A stretch of DNA of 64,000 nucleotides from the NCBI GenBank assembly GCA_965204725.1, contig OZ242005.1:96001-160000 (forward strand), read 5' to 3'. The position numbers and the translations under genes were made by a program. The DNA comes from Candidatus Latescibacterota bacterium. GTDB taxonomy: Bacteria > Latescibacterota > UBA2968 > UBA8231. A model generated the notes under the pieces. The model did not search any database and was not told where the DNA came from. It saw nothing but the letters and a program-made list of their open reading frames with translations. Each line of letters begins with the position of its first letter. The first letter of the stretch is position 1. This document shows positions 1-10,256 of the stretch, one piece after another.

Positions 1-56
1 AAAAATTCTGCTCCATTACAAACAACCTCCCGGTATTGCGTTGCGTTGAAAGCTCG

Positions 57-3000
57 CTAGAGCCGGTTTTCCACGATCCATGCTCGGTGCAGCTTGGCAA
101 AGCTGACCACGTCGGCGTTTTCCGGCTTGTCCCCCCCCTTTTCTTCCACTACCTGATAGTTTTCTACGGCCTGCGACCACTGGCGCGTGATTTCATAGAC
201 CAGCCCCAAGTTGCAGTACGCGGCCAACTCGGTATAGGTGCCGGGGTAATCGCGGATGATCCCCTGTAGGGCCGGCACGGCCCGGTCGTAGTCTTTGGCC
301 TCAAACAGCTTCATGGCCTCGTTGTAGCTAAAGCTCGCTTGGATCTCGCTGAGCTCTTCCACTAGGGCTGTGGCCCTCGACGCCTCCTCAGAGCTGGGAT
401 ATAGATCGGTTACTCGCTTGTACGCGGCCATGGCCTCGTCGTAAGACTGGATATTGTAGTAGTAGTCGCCAATGGTAAACTGCGCTTTGGGGGCGAACTC
501 GCTCTTGGGGTACTGGGCGACTAGGTCTTGCATCGCGCCGACGGCTTGCTCCATCTGCTCTTGTTCGACAAAGGACCACGCCAACGCGTACTGGGCCGAG
601 CCGCCGTATTGGCCTTGGGGATATTTAGCCAAGAGCGCTTGATAGGCCGGCACGGCTTCGGCAAAGGCCTGCTCGTTGTAGTGGTTTTCGCCAATGAGGA
701 AAAGTGCTTCCTCCTCGTATTGGGACTGGGGATAGCGCTCGACGAGCGCGGCAAAAGCGGCCGCGGCCTCCTCAAACTGGGTCAGGGCCTGAAGGCTGTG
801 GGCCAGATAGTACTGGCCGTGAATGCGGTTGGCATTGCGCGGGTATTTTTTGACAAAGGCCCTGAAGCTCTCGGCTGCGGTGGCGTAGTCGCCGTAGCTG
901 ATTTCGGCAAAGCCCTTGGAGAACGCCAAGTTGCCGCTCTCGCCCGAATTTGGATAGCGCTTGAGACCTTGGGCAAAGATGCGGGCGGATTCCTCGTAGC
1001 GCTGCTGCTGGAGCAGCGCGTTGCCGATGATGGAATAGGCGCGTTCTTTGCGGTAGTACCCGGCTTGGTCGTCGTCTGCAAACTCCATGTCGAGGAGCTG
1101 GCGGGCGAATTTTTCGGCTTGGACGAAGTCCTGCTGGTCGTAGTACAGCTCGGTGAGGAGCATGCGAAAGGTCGCCTGCTCTTGGGGGTCGGCCGACGCG
1201 GCGATGAGCTCTTGGTAGTAGTTGGCCGCCTCTTCTTGCCGCCCCAAGCGAATCATGCCCGCCCCCAGCGTGCGGAAGGCGCTGTCTTTGATCTGGGGCG
1301 CGGGGTCGCTTTCGAGCAGGGCCTTCATATCCTCTAGCGATGCCTCATAGCTCAGGCGCGCTTGGGCCGTGTCGCCGACCGCGTCTTGTTGTTTGGCGAC
1401 CTCGTAGTACGCACCGCCGCGCGCCAGCAGCGAATTTTGCAAGATGTGCGCGGGCGGATTGAGCGCGATGGCCTGCCCCCAAGAGCCGATTGCACCCGCG
1501 AAATTGTCCTCGGCAAAATGCACCCGGGCCAAGGTGTAGTGCATCTGGCCTCGCAGGGTGTCGTCGCCCGCTCGATCCAAGGCGCGCGACAGGGCTTGGC
1601 CAGCCTTTGCGTACGCTTGCTCGCCCATGTATAGCTCGGCCAACTCGACCTGCACGGTGGGCCACTTGTCCCAATCCTCTTCCACCAGCTCATAAGCGGC
1701 AATGGCGCGGTCTGTATCCTGTAGGCGCTTGTACGCAAGGCCCAACTCCATCCGCGCCGTATTGCACAGCTCCGAGTCTGGGAAGCGGCTGAGGAAGGAC
1801 GCATAGATCGCTTCGGCCCGGTTGAATTCGGCGGCGGAGTATGCGATGCGAGCCAACTGCAAAAGCCCGTTGGGAGCGGCCGGATGGTCCGCGTATCGAT
1901 CGACTAATCGCTGGTACAGGGGCTGCGCCGCTTGGTCTTTGGCGAGGAGCTGGTTGGCAAAGCCGGCGTTAAAAAGCACGTCTGGGATCAGGGCATTGTC
2001 CTCGCGCTGGCGCAAGAGTTGGTCGTAGCTTTTGAGCGCCTTGGCGATTTCCGCGTCCGCGCGCGCTGGGTCCTCGCTACGGAGCTGCCGCCCGTATTCT
2101 TGGTGGCACTGGGCAATGCGAAAGAGAACCTTGTAGCGGTCGAAGCCAATGCGCTGCGCCACATCGCCGTAGGCATTGAGGTATATCTCGTATTCTTGCG
2201 CCGACTTGAGGTATTCGCTTTGGTCGAAAAGCATCAGGGCGACCGTGAGCTGCGTCCGGGCTTGAAAGAGCCGGTCCTCGACCTTTTCGATGGCGTCCTT
2301 GTACGCGGCGATGGCCGCGGTCGTGCCCTGCTCCTTCTGCACCAACTCGGCGATGCGGATATAGCTGTTTTGCACCAAGACCGGCTCGGCCTCGTATTCG
2401 GCCGGGAGCACGGCATAAGCGGCGAGGGCCTTTTCGACCTCGCCGTTGCCGGCGTAGATGTCGCCCTTTTTCAGATGGGCCTTGGCCACGAGCTCGCGCG
2501 CGGTCTCCTTGACCAAGCCCTTGAGCTTGAGGGTGGTCATCTCGATGATCTCTTCCTCGGTCATCTGCGCGAAGTCGTAGCGGGCGATGAGGCGGTCGAG
2601 GTAAGCGAGCGCGTCTTCGTACTGCCCTAGCTTGTCGTAGCTCTCGGCGATCTGGAAGAGCGAGCGGTCGGCGTTGGAGCCGCGGGGGGCCAAGACCAAG
2701 ACCTGCTTGAAGCTGGCGATGGCCTCGTCGTAGCGCGCCAATTCAAAGTAGGACCACGCTCGGTCGTAGTGAACGGACGCCTCGTAGAGGCTGTGGGGGA
2801 ATCGGCGCAACAGCGCGTCCCCTTCCTCAATGACCTGCTCGTAGTCCTTGAGCTGGTAACTCGTCTGGATCATCTGGTACTGCGCCATCACCCGGGTGCG
2901 ATTATCGACGCTTTCGTCCTCAGCGAGGCTGCGAAAGAAGTCGCGGCTCTTGTTGAGATCGCGCAGTGCTTCTTCGTAGCGCGTGTCGGCCGCACCTTCC

Positions 3001-3329
3001 TTTTTTTCTGAGCGCAAAAACTGCGAGCGCTGCAACTTTTCCAGCCCGAGCTTGTTGTAGGTGTTGCCGAGCTGGTACGTAGCGCCCACGCGCACCGGCA
3101 GGATGAACTCATCGACCGCCACGGTTACATCCTCCACGTTGATCATGGCGTTGCTTTCGGTGGAGAGAATAACCTCGTAGCGCTCAATGGCTTTGTCGTA
3201 GTCGCCGAGCGCGTAGAGCTTCTGCCCTTCCTCAAAGCGGTCTTGCAATTCCACCGGCGAGAAGAAGCGCGTGCTCAGGCTGGCGGCCGCGCCGACCGCT
3301 GCGATGAGCAGCAGATTTACCAGAATCAT
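57..3329 (-). CDS. Very large tetratricopeptide-repeat protein (BamD/YbgF-like TPR units), N-terminal hydrophobic anchor or signal
   Basis: 1090-aa ORF with many TPR units of the 'A.F..G..Y......A...Y..L...YP.S' type; hydrophobic N-terminus; RBS GAGGAG upstream. Confidence 0.9.
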   Translation of the reverse strand: MILVNLLLIAAVGAAASLSTRFFSPVELQDRFEEGQKLYALGDYDKAIERYEVILSTESNAMINVEDVTVAVDEFILPVRVGATYQLGNTYNKLGLEKLQRSQFLRSEKKEGAADTRYEEALRDLNKSRDFFRSLAEDESVDNRTRVMAQYQMIQTSYQLKDYEQVIEEGDALLRRFPHSLYEASVHYDRAWSYFELARYDEAIASFKQVLVLAPRGSNADRSLFQIAESYDKLGQYEDALAYLDRLIARYDFAQMTEEEIIEMTTLKLKGLVKETARELVAKAHLKKGDIYAGNGEVEKALAAYAVLPAEYEAEPVLVQNSYIRIAELVQKEQGTTAAIAAYKDAIEKVEDRLFQARTQLTVALMLFDQSEYLKSAQEYEIYLNAYGDVAQRIGFDRYKVLFRIAQCHQEYGRQLRSEDPARADAEIAKALKSYDQLLRQREDNALIPDVLFNAGFANQLLAKDQAAQPLYQRLVDRYADHPAAPNGLLQLARIAYSAAEFNRAEAIYASFLSRFPDSELCNTARMELGLAYKRLQDTDRAIAAYELVEEDWDKWPTVQVELAELYMGEQAYAKAGQALSRALDRAGDDTLRGQMHYTLARVHFAEDNFAGAIGSWGQAIALNPPAHILQNSLLARGGAYYEVAKQQDAVGDTAQARLSYEASLEDMKALLESDPAPQIKDSAFRTLGAGMIRLGRQEEAANYYQELIAASADPQEQATFRMLLTELYYDQQDFVQAEKFARQLLDMEFADDDQAGYYRKERAYSIIGNALLQQQRYEESARIFAQGLKRYPNSGESGNLAFSKGFAEISYGDYATAAESFRAFVKKYPRNANRIHGQYYLAHSLQALTQFEEAAAAFAALVERYPQSQYEEEALFLIGENHYNEQAFAEAVPAYQALLAKYPQGQYGGSAQYALAWSFVEQEQMEQAVGAMQDLVAQYPKSEFAPKAQFTIGDYYYNIQSYDEAMAAYKRVTDLYPSSEEASRATALVEELSEIQASFSYNEAMKLFEAKDYDRAVPALQGIIRDYPGTYTELAAYCNLGLVYEITRQWSQAVENYQVVEEKGGDKPENADVVSFAKLHRAWIVENRL

Positions 3330-3346
3330 GGTGTCAATCTCCTCGG

Positions 3347-6268
3347 CTAGAACCCGGCCACAATATCGAAGAAGAGGCGCGAGTTGTCGAAGCTATCGGA
3401 AGCGCGCGTGGGATCGTCGTACTCCCGGCTGGTGCGGATAAAGCCGAACTGGGAGGCGAGGTTGTAGCCGTAGTGATCCGAGCGATTGCTCATCATCAGC
3501 ACCAGCGTCCACTCCTTAAAATCGTTGCTCTCTTCTACCCGGTCTAGGTTGGTGTGCCGCCAGAATGGGAAGCCTTGGAAGCCCAGTTGCAGATTGGACT
3601 TGGCCGTCAAGTCGAAGCGGGTCCTGACGATCGGGGCGTAAATCGAAAACGAGCGAATGCTGCCCTCGCCCGTGGCGTCTTCGAGGACGCTCGAATGCTC
3701 GCGCAACAACAGGTGCTTGAACATCGGGCGGATGTTTAGGTTGCCGGCGTTGATCGTGTAGTCAAGCCGGTTGACCATCGCAAAGGTCGAGAGCACCCCG
3801 GCTTCCTGTTGGGTGCCGTCGTCGAACTCGTCCTCGGCTTGGCTGTTGCGGATCCATTGGATGCTGTTGATGACGTTGAGGTTGGAAAACTGCCGAAAGG
3901 TCGAGCTGATGAACAAGGTATTGACCAAGCTGTTGCGCATGTTCAGGGGATCGACATCCGGCGGAAAAATCTGCGAATTGATATCCCGCGCCTCAATCAT
4001 TGGCCCCTTCAAGTGCGGAACGGGGCTGGGTATCCGCTGGGTAAAACCCACGTCTTCCCAGATGTACACGTCGTCGCGAATGCCGTCTTGGACCTGCTTG
4101 ATGTCCTCGTTGATGCGAATTTTGCCCAGATAGGGCGAGGTGAAGTTGTGCTCGTAGCGGGCGTAGAAGGCCCGCGCCTCGCCGCCGCCGGCCGGCTCCT
4201 CCATGGTGTAGTACCCGACCGAGGCCCATTTGCCCCAGCGCCCCAAGCCTTTCTTGGTGGCGACCAAGTGGACTCCGCGGCGGTCCCGGGGGTAGGGATA
4301 GTCGGGCAGGGCGTCGTTTTCGCGGTAATCGACGACGCCGTTGTTGTTGAAGTCGATGCCGTAGATGAAGTCCGGCGGGTCCGCGTCGTAAAAGAGGATC
4401 GGCTCAGTCCAATCGGGAATGCCGTTGAAGTTTTGGTCGCTGTCCGGGATGAGGTCGTTGTTCTCGTCCAAGCCGGGGAAAATGCCCGAATCCGCCTTCT
4501 CCGCACTGGGCAGCTCGTTGAGCATTTCGTCCGGCCACTGGTCGTTGTCGTCGTTGTCGGTCATAACGGACATTTCCTGCATCTGCGGACACACGAAGCA
4601 GTCGTCGCTAAAGAAGGCCACGCCGCCGCGGTCGCTGTCGTAGTTGCCGCTGTAATCCGGGTCTAGGTTGAAAATTTCACCCCCGAGCTCGATCGGGCCT
4701 ACCTCCTTTTGCGCGGTGAGGAAATAGCCGAGGGCCTGCTTGTCAAAGCGCTTGCCGGCGTTGCTGCCCACCGGGAAGAGGAAGTATTGGGGATTGGCGG
4801 CCAACTCGCCCCGTACCTTAAGCCCTTTGAAGTCTAAGTCCCAGTCCAATCCGTAGAGCGCCTGACCCGTGGGGATGCCGTAGTCAAATTCGACCACCTT
4901 GCGGCCCGAGTTGCTGCCGTCGGAGCGTGCGACCGTATAGCCTACTCGGGTGGGGTCGAGCAGATCCCACTTGTATTGCAAAAACGGCGACGCTTGGGTC
5001 GTGCCCGGGTCCGGCTGCACCGGCCACTGCTTGAAGGCTTCGGGATTTTCGGCTAGGACCTCTGCGAGCGGTTTGATGGCATCGTCGCCCTTCAGCCCGG
5101 TAAAAGGATTGACGTAGCTCCTGCCGCCCGGCGCGTACCGGTCGTCCCCATCGGCCACTTTATCTACGTTCTTTTGGTGTGCCCGCTGGTCGAAGAACAA
5201 GTGCTGTTGGCGCACCAAAATGCGATAGTCGCCCTCGACATCGGCCAAGAAGCGCACGGATTTCATCGTCAGCCCCGGAGCGAATCCGTCGGGATCGGCC
5301 GAATAGTCGGCCGCGTCCGGCAGGTTGAATTGCGGCATTTGGAAGCGGAAGACCGCTTGCTCGCTGCCGGCGATTGACAGCCCGCCGTCGGCCCCGCCGA
5401 CCGGATCGATCATCTTGAGGCTGGAGTCGTATTCGGGATCGCCTTCAATGCTGGTCAGGCGCACTCGCTGCCCCTGCGACTCGCCGATGATGACCACATC
5501 TATGTCATAGACGGTGGCCGCCCGGCCCATATCGTCGGGCGAATCGTCTTCGACAATGACTTCGATAAAAGAGGGCGGCAGCATGCTGTATGGGGTATCG
5601 CCCTTGAGAAAGGAGCCGTTTTCGTCGGCCGTGTTGGCCATGTGCTGGTTGAAGTACGTGGCCCCCATGCGCAGCACGTTGCCCAACTTGGTCTCCCAGT
5701 GGCCGCCAAAGATCAACACCGGCGAGGTCTCCCGAGTCGCTTTGAAGGTCGAAAACTTGGCGGCGTTCAACAGGTCGCCGCCTTGGCTCAGCATCAGGGT
5801 GAATTTGTTGTCCGAGGAAGCGCCGTCGAGCAGGATGCCGAAGAAGCGCGGGTCGCTAAAGGTCAGATCGGAGAACTTGGCGCGGATGTCCTCGCCCAAG
5901 GTCACTCGGTAGTTCCAGCCCTTGTACGAGTCGTTGAGCATCACCAAGTTGGCGAACCACCCCAAGTACTGGGCCGTGCGGGTGTTGATATTGCTTTCCC
6001 CGGGGCGAGAAAATTCCCAAGTAAAGACATTGAAGCCGCGCGACAGGTAATTGCCCAAGCGGTCGTAGCGATTGCGCGCATTGATCACCGAAGGATAGGG
6101 ATCGTACTCCTTGCGCCCGTAGTTCAAATACGGCTCGGGATGGCCGAGGTTGAGGAAATCCCGGTTGCGCAGAAAGGTCTGCGCTTGGGCTTCGGCGGCC
6201 AGCATACCCAACCCAACAGACGCTAGGAGCGCGGTCCTCACCAGACGTTTTCTCGCATTACTACTCAT
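3347..6268 (-). CDS. Large secreted, probably outer-membrane protein of unknown family with acidic DxD/DxN Ca-binding-like repeats; paralog of 10257-13226
   Basis: Start moved to ATG 6268 (RBS GAGGA; signal peptide ...LAAEAQA). Motifs DNDDNDQWPDE, DENNDLIPDSDQNFNGIPDW, DFNNNGVVDYREND. Amphipathic C-terminal strands end in Phe (...FFDIVAGF). Confidence 0.75.
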   Translation of the reverse strand: MSSNARKRLVRTALLASVGLGMLAAEAQAQTFLRNRDFLNLGHPEPYLNYGRKEYDPYPSVINARNRYDRLGNYLSRGFNVFTWEFSRPGESNINTRTAQYLGWFANLVMLNDSYKGWNYRVTLGEDIRAKFSDLTFSDPRFFGILLDGASSDNKFTLMLSQGGDLLNAAKFSTFKATRETSPVLIFGGHWETKLGNVLRMGATYFNQHMANTADENGSFLKGDTPYSMLPPSFIEVIVEDDSPDDMGRAATVYDIDVVIIGESQGQRVRLTSIEGDPEYDSSLKMIDPVGGADGGLSIAGSEQAVFRFQMPQFNLPDAADYSADPDGFAPGLTMKSVRFLADVEGDYRILVRQQHLFFDQRAHQKNVDKVADGDDRYAPGGRSYVNPFTGLKGDDAIKPLAEVLAENPEAFKQWPVQPDPGTTQASPFLQYKWDLLDPTRVGYTVARSDGSNSGRKVVEFDYGIPTGQALYGLDWDLDFKGLKVRGELAANPQYFLFPVGSNAGKRFDKQALGYFLTAQKEVGPIELGGEIFNLDPDYSGNYDSDRGGVAFFSDDCFVCPQMQEMSVMTDNDDNDQWPDEMLNELPSAEKADSGIFPGLDENNDLIPDSDQNFNGIPDWTEPILFYDADPPDFIYGIDFNNNGVVDYRENDALPDYPYPRDRRGVHLVATKKGLGRWGKWASVGYYTMEEPAGGGEARAFYARYEHNFTSPYLGKIRINEDIKQVQDGIRDDVYIWEDVGFTQRIPSPVPHLKGPMIEARDINSQIFPPDVDPLNMRNSLVNTLFISSTFRQFSNLNVINSIQWIRNSQAEDEFDDGTQQEAGVLSTFAMVNRLDYTINAGNLNIRPMFKHLLLREHSSVLEDATGEGSIRSFSIYAPIVRTRFDLTAKSNLQLGFQGFPFWRHTNLDRVEESNDFKEWTLVLMMSNRSDHYGYNLASQFGFIRTSREYDDPTRASDSFDNSRLFFDIVAGF

Positions 6269-6320
6269 GGCAGTTATCCTCATGCAGTGTAGAGATTCGG
6301 TCTTCTGTCGCCATTCCAAC

Positions 6321-7181
6321 TCAGCGCTGGCGATACCCAACGCTGAACCAATGCACACCGCCATAGCCGGACAGGTGCAGTGGGTAGGAATAAGCGTAAT
6401 CGAAATGCCATTGCTTATAGTTGTGGCCAAGCCCCACGTTGAGCTCCCTATCGTCAAAACCCGTGCCCACTGCGGCCCCGCCCATGCGGAACCGAGCGCC
6501 GTTGAGGCTCACCGTCCGCGTCTCGAACCCAACCCTAAACTCGGTCTGCCCATCGCGGCACTCCACGTCGAGCAGGATTTCCCGCCCCGCCCAGTTGAGC
6601 GCGGCCGCCGCGACTACGGCCGGCTGTTGCTCGCCCGCGGCTTGGCCGCCGGCGGCGATGTTCGCGCCGGTTAGGCCCTGAGCGACCAACGCCAAGCGCA
6701 GGTACGCCCGCGGGTGAACGAAACCCACTTCCCAAGTGGCCCCTACGTCGAGGTGCCAAGCCCGATGCCCCAGATCGCCCGCTTTCCAAGTGCTGGTGCG
6801 CAAGCCGCCGCCCAAGGCAAAGCGCTCGTGCAACGGCCGCCCATAGCCCAAGGCAATCACTTCTTCGCGCCAGCCATCGGCCCCTAAAAACGAAAGGCCC
6901 AGTTGGAAGCCGCCGCCCCGCAAGGGGCCGGCCACGGATAAGCCGTTTAGGGCTGGGCTTTGGTCCAGCCCGGGGTAAAGCAGCGCGTGGGTCGTGCCCG
7001 CCCGCCATTTTTGCTGCTGGGCGTTGCCGGCCGGATTGAACCAAACGGCCTCAGCCGTCTGCGTACTGGCGGCGAAAGCCCCGCCCAATGCCGTGCTCTG
7101 CGCCCCCTGCCCGGCAAATTCAAAAGCAGCACCGCACGGGGAGCCGAGAGCCAGCACTAGGGCGCTAGTACGCCACCACAA
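6321..7181 (-). CDS. PorV/PorQ-like outer-membrane beta-barrel protein
   Basis: N-terminal 'GAQSTALGGAFAA...AVWFNPAG' resembles the PorV/FadL-type motif; amphipathic strands; C-terminal 'FDYAYSY...HWFSVGY'. Confidence 0.65.
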   Translation of the reverse strand: MWWRTSALVLALGSPCGAAFEFAGQGAQSTALGGAFAASTQTAEAVWFNPAGNAQQQKWRAGTTHALLYPGLDQSPALNGLSVAGPLRGGGFQLGLSFLGADGWREEVIALGYGRPLHERFALGGGLRTSTWKAGDLGHRAWHLDVGATWEVGFVHPRAYLRLALVAQGLTGANIAAGGQAAGEQQPAVVAAAALNWAGREILLDVECRDGQTEFRVGFETRTVSLNGARFRMGGAAVGTGFDDRELNVGLGHNYKQWHFDYAYSYPLHLSGYGGVHWFSVGYRQR

Positions 7182-8823
7182 AAGTGCCTCGGCGCGCCTT
7201 GCCGCTTTCTTCTATCCCAACCTCGTACAGATAGAGCCCCGGCTCGACGACGCGACCGCTGCTATCGCGGCCGTCCCACTCAAACTGATAGGTGCGGGCG
7301 CTGCCAGTTTGCGCCAACTGGCGAATTGGCCGGCCGGTCAAATTGTAAATTTTTAGCACCACTTCCCGGCCCGCTTCGATGTTGCCGACGACCAAGGCAA
7401 AGCGCGCATACTCGTCGGCAAACGGCGAGAACGGGCGCGGCTGCACCTGCACTTGGCTCAAAAGCTGCAACGGCGTCCCCGCTGCCAGTACCGTCCACGT
7501 GGTGCCCGGCTTTTCTCGCCCCTGCTGCCAGTTCACGTACCCGTCGCGGTCGCCTTGGGCCTTGTTGCCCGCGGCAAAGCGCAGGGCGGTCTTGTCGCGC
7601 ACAAAGAGTGCCGGCCCCTCAATTTCGACCGTGGCCAGCGCGTTGATCCGCTCGTTGGGGGCCAGCTCTACCCGCATCCCCTCCCGGTCTGACGTCGGCC
7701 CCCAAGTGTAGCCGACGCCGGGCGCGAGTTCTCGGCCATCGACGCGCACGACCGTTACGCTGAGCAAGGGGCCTTGGACTCGTAAGAGATCGACCCCGTA
7801 ATCATCGACGCCCGCCGCGATTTCCACTCGGCAGCTCAGGGGCACTTCCTCGCCCTTGCGCAGGGAATCGGACGCGACCACCTCGGCCCAGATCTGTTGG
7901 GCGACCAAGACGGGGTCGTAGTCAACGGCGATGCGCTTGAGCACCGGGCTGACAAAGGGGGCCGAGTTCGTCAGGCGGGCGCGGTATGCCAGCCGCTCGA
8001 CCGGCTCGTCCCCGCTGTAGAAAAATTCTCCGACCGCGTGTGCTGCAACGCTTTCCCAAGGCTCCTCAACGCCCTCGGCCGGGACGCCGCGCACCTGCAA
8101 CTCAATACCCGTGCGCTCCGGGCGGTCCGCTTGCCAGCGAATCTGCCCTACGTTGACCGGCAGGTTCGGAGCGAAGCTATCCTCTATAAAGCCTTCGTTG
8201 CCGTAGCCCACGCCGAACACTTCGATTTCTCCGATGGCGACCCAGTTGCTGCGGTCTTGGCGGATGAGCGTCAGCCGCACGAAGCGCCCCGCGCGCGGGA
8301 TGGCCTCACCGCGCTCGTCGGTCGCGGCCCAAGTAGAATCCGCGCTCGTATCTACATTGAGGACGAAATTGTCCGGCTGTTCCGCCAAGAGCTGCCAGAC
8401 TTGCGGCGCCGCTTGGGTGGCGGTTTCGAGCCTGTACCCGCGCACGAAGTACTCGGGCTGGTTCAGCGCGGTCTCACCGGCGAGCACCCGCACCCGCTTG
8501 ATCGCCCGGTCCAGCCCGAGATCGACTGTAAACTGCTTGTCGAACACGTGGTTGGTGCCCGAGATCCACTCGCTCCGCACGAGGTCAATCGCGCCGTCCG
8601 TTAGGGGCACGGGCTTGTCAAAATCGTCTATCACCGATCGTCCTAAGGCCACGTTTACACCTTCGTCCAACTGCGCCAGTATGACGAGGCTATCGGGATG
8701 CACCTGTACGCCTTGGGTCGCTCCCAAGGCAAATGTCTCGACCGCGTCCACCACCCAAGTCTTTAATTCGGCACGACACGGAATGAATGAAAGCAACAGC
8801 AAAAGTGCGCCCAGCCTCAGCAC
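7165..8823 (-). CDS. Secreted protein with discoidin/F5-8-like domain and C-terminal FlgD Ig-like domain
   Basis: Signal peptide; 'VDLG...IKRVRV' and 'RFVRL...IGEIEVFG' discoidin-like motifs; C-terminal 'PFSP...IYNLTGRPIRQL...WDGRDSSGRVVEPGLYLY'. Confidence 0.8.
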   Translation of the reverse strand: MLRLGALLLLLSFIPCRAELKTWVVDAVETFALGATQGVQVHPDSLVILAQLDEGVNVALGRSVIDDFDKPVPLTDGAIDLVRSEWISGTNHVFDKQFTVDLGLDRAIKRVRVLAGETALNQPEYFVRGYRLETATQAAPQVWQLLAEQPDNFVLNVDTSADSTWAATDERGEAIPRAGRFVRLTLIRQDRSNWVAIGEIEVFGVGYGNEGFIEDSFAPNLPVNVGQIRWQADRPERTGIELQVRGVPAEGVEEPWESVAAHAVGEFFYSGDEPVERLAYRARLTNSAPFVSPVLKRIAVDYDPVLVAQQIWAEVVASDSLRKGEEVPLSCRVEIAAGVDDYGVDLLRVQGPLLSVTVVRVDGRELAPGVGYTWGPTSDREGMRVELAPNERINALATVEIEGPALFVRDKTALRFAAGNKAQGDRDGYVNWQQGREKPGTTWTVLAAGTPLQLLSQVQVQPRPFSPFADEYARFALVVGNIEAGREVVLKIYNLTGRPIRQLAQTGSARTYQFEWDGRDSSGRVVEPGLYLYEVGIEESGKARRGTFVVAY

Positions 8824-8824
8824 T

Positions 8825-9475
8825 TCAGAATAGCAATCGCTGGGTCAGGCTGGTCACCACCGCGATGGCGAGCGCCTCCTCCAACTCCCTCGAGTTGAAG
8901 GTCATGACAATGCCGGCATCCACCGGGCTTTTCTTGCTCACTTTGCCAGTCTTGAGATCCTTCACTGAGACCTCGACCTGCACCCGTTGCGTTTGCGGCG
9001 AGAATACTTTGCGCACCCGCTGACTGGTGATCACAGCCGTGCCGCTGATTTCCAAGTCGGCCTCGTCCGAGTCCTCGGCCACGAGCGCAAAGGGATTGCT
9101 CACTTGCCGCACGCTGTCTTCGTCGAGCACCTCAACCCGATCGGTCTGCATAAAGACCCGCACCCGCTGCTTGCGAAGTTCGCGCAACAAGGCCCCGGAC
9201 AAATCCTCAATGCGCGAGGGCCGAGTAATCTGCAACAGCCTATTTCCGTGGCTGGCGAGGGCGTTCGTGCTGTAATGAGCTCCTTGATCCGCAACCGAAT
9301 TGGCACTCCGCGGATCGATCACATTGGCTTTGCTCTCCACCGGGAATTCCTTGACGTATATTTTGACCGGCATCGCCGGCGGGTTGGTCAAACTGGTGTC
9401 CTTGAGTGCCTCGTACTTCAAGGAGCAGGCTGTCGCGCCGACGAGCAGCATCGCGCCGACATATATCTTTTTCAT
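8825..9475 (-). CDS. Hypothetical lipoprotein
   Basis: Lipobox 'VGATAC'; translationally coupled to neighbours. Confidence 0.75.
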   Translation of the reverse strand: MKKIYVGAMLLVGATACSLKYEALKDTSLTNPPAMPVKIYVKEFPVESKANVIDPRSANSVADQGAHYSTNALASHGNRLLQITRPSRIEDLSGALLRELRKQRVRVFMQTDRVEVLDEDSVRQVSNPFALVAEDSDEADLEISGTAVITSQRVRKVFSPQTQRVQVEVSVKDLKTGKVSKKSPVDAGIVMTFNSRELEEALAIAVVTSLTQRLLF

Positions 9476-10254
9476 TGGCTATTCTCCACCCAACGCACGC
9501 CGTGATCGACATTGAAGTGGAACTTCAGGTCGGTAAATTCCGTTGGATTGCCGTACCCCACTTGAAAGCGATCAAAGGCCAGAATGAAGTCGTTTACTTC
9601 GAGGGTGAACGACCCAACCTCTGCGGGCAGCGGCGGAAAGGTCAGCTTGCCGCTGTATATGGAGCCTTTGCGCACGGGCTTTTCCCGGCTGTACTCGCTT
9701 CGGCTCCAGATCGGGTCGCGGTCCAAGCTAGCGTGATACCTCACATTGCCTTCTTGCCCGCCCCACTTCAAATAGGAATAGTCGAAGAACTCGTCTTGGT
9801 CGTACCAATTGCCCGCCCCTTGGCGGCAGAGCAGGCGGCGGCCGTCGTCCAAGCGCAGAATGGCCTGCGTGGGATCGAGCTCCACCCGCTCCCGAGTGCG
9901 GTTGATCACGGTCACGTCAAAAACGGTCCACAGCGGCGGCGTATAATCCAACCCGGGGATTTCAACGCCCGTGAGCGTATAGGGCGTGAAGCGGGTGCCG
10001 TATTCGGCGTCGAGCATGGCATCGTCGTAGAACTGGACCTTGACTTGCACCCCTTGCTCGCTCCACACGACCGAGCTGTCGATGGGATCGATGTAATAGG
10101 TATCCCCAGCGGGCAGGACCGGCTCCAGCTCGATGACGTACTCGCGCTGGGCCTGCGATTCGAGGGAGCGGAGGGTCGCGCATCCCCCGGCGGCCAACGC
10201 CACGCACAGCAGGACGCGAAGGTGTTTTGCGATGGGTGTCATCTGCGTTCGCAT
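9472..10254 (-). CDS. Hypothetical lipoprotein
   Basis: Lipobox 'LAAGGC'; 4-bp overlap with the downstream gene. Confidence 0.75.
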   Translation of the reverse strand: MRTQMTPIAKHLRVLLCVALAAGGCATLRSLESQAQREYVIELEPVLPAGDTYYIDPIDSSVVWSEQGVQVKVQFYDDAMLDAEYGTRFTPYTLTGVEIPGLDYTPPLWTVFDVTVINRTRERVELDPTQAILRLDDGRRLLCRQGAGNWYDQDEFFDYSYLKWGGQEGNVRYHASLDRDPIWSRSEYSREKPVRKGSIYSGKLTFPPLPAEVGSFTLEVNDFILAFDRFQVGYGNPTEFTDLKFHFNVDHGVRWVENSQ

Positions 10255-10256
10255 CG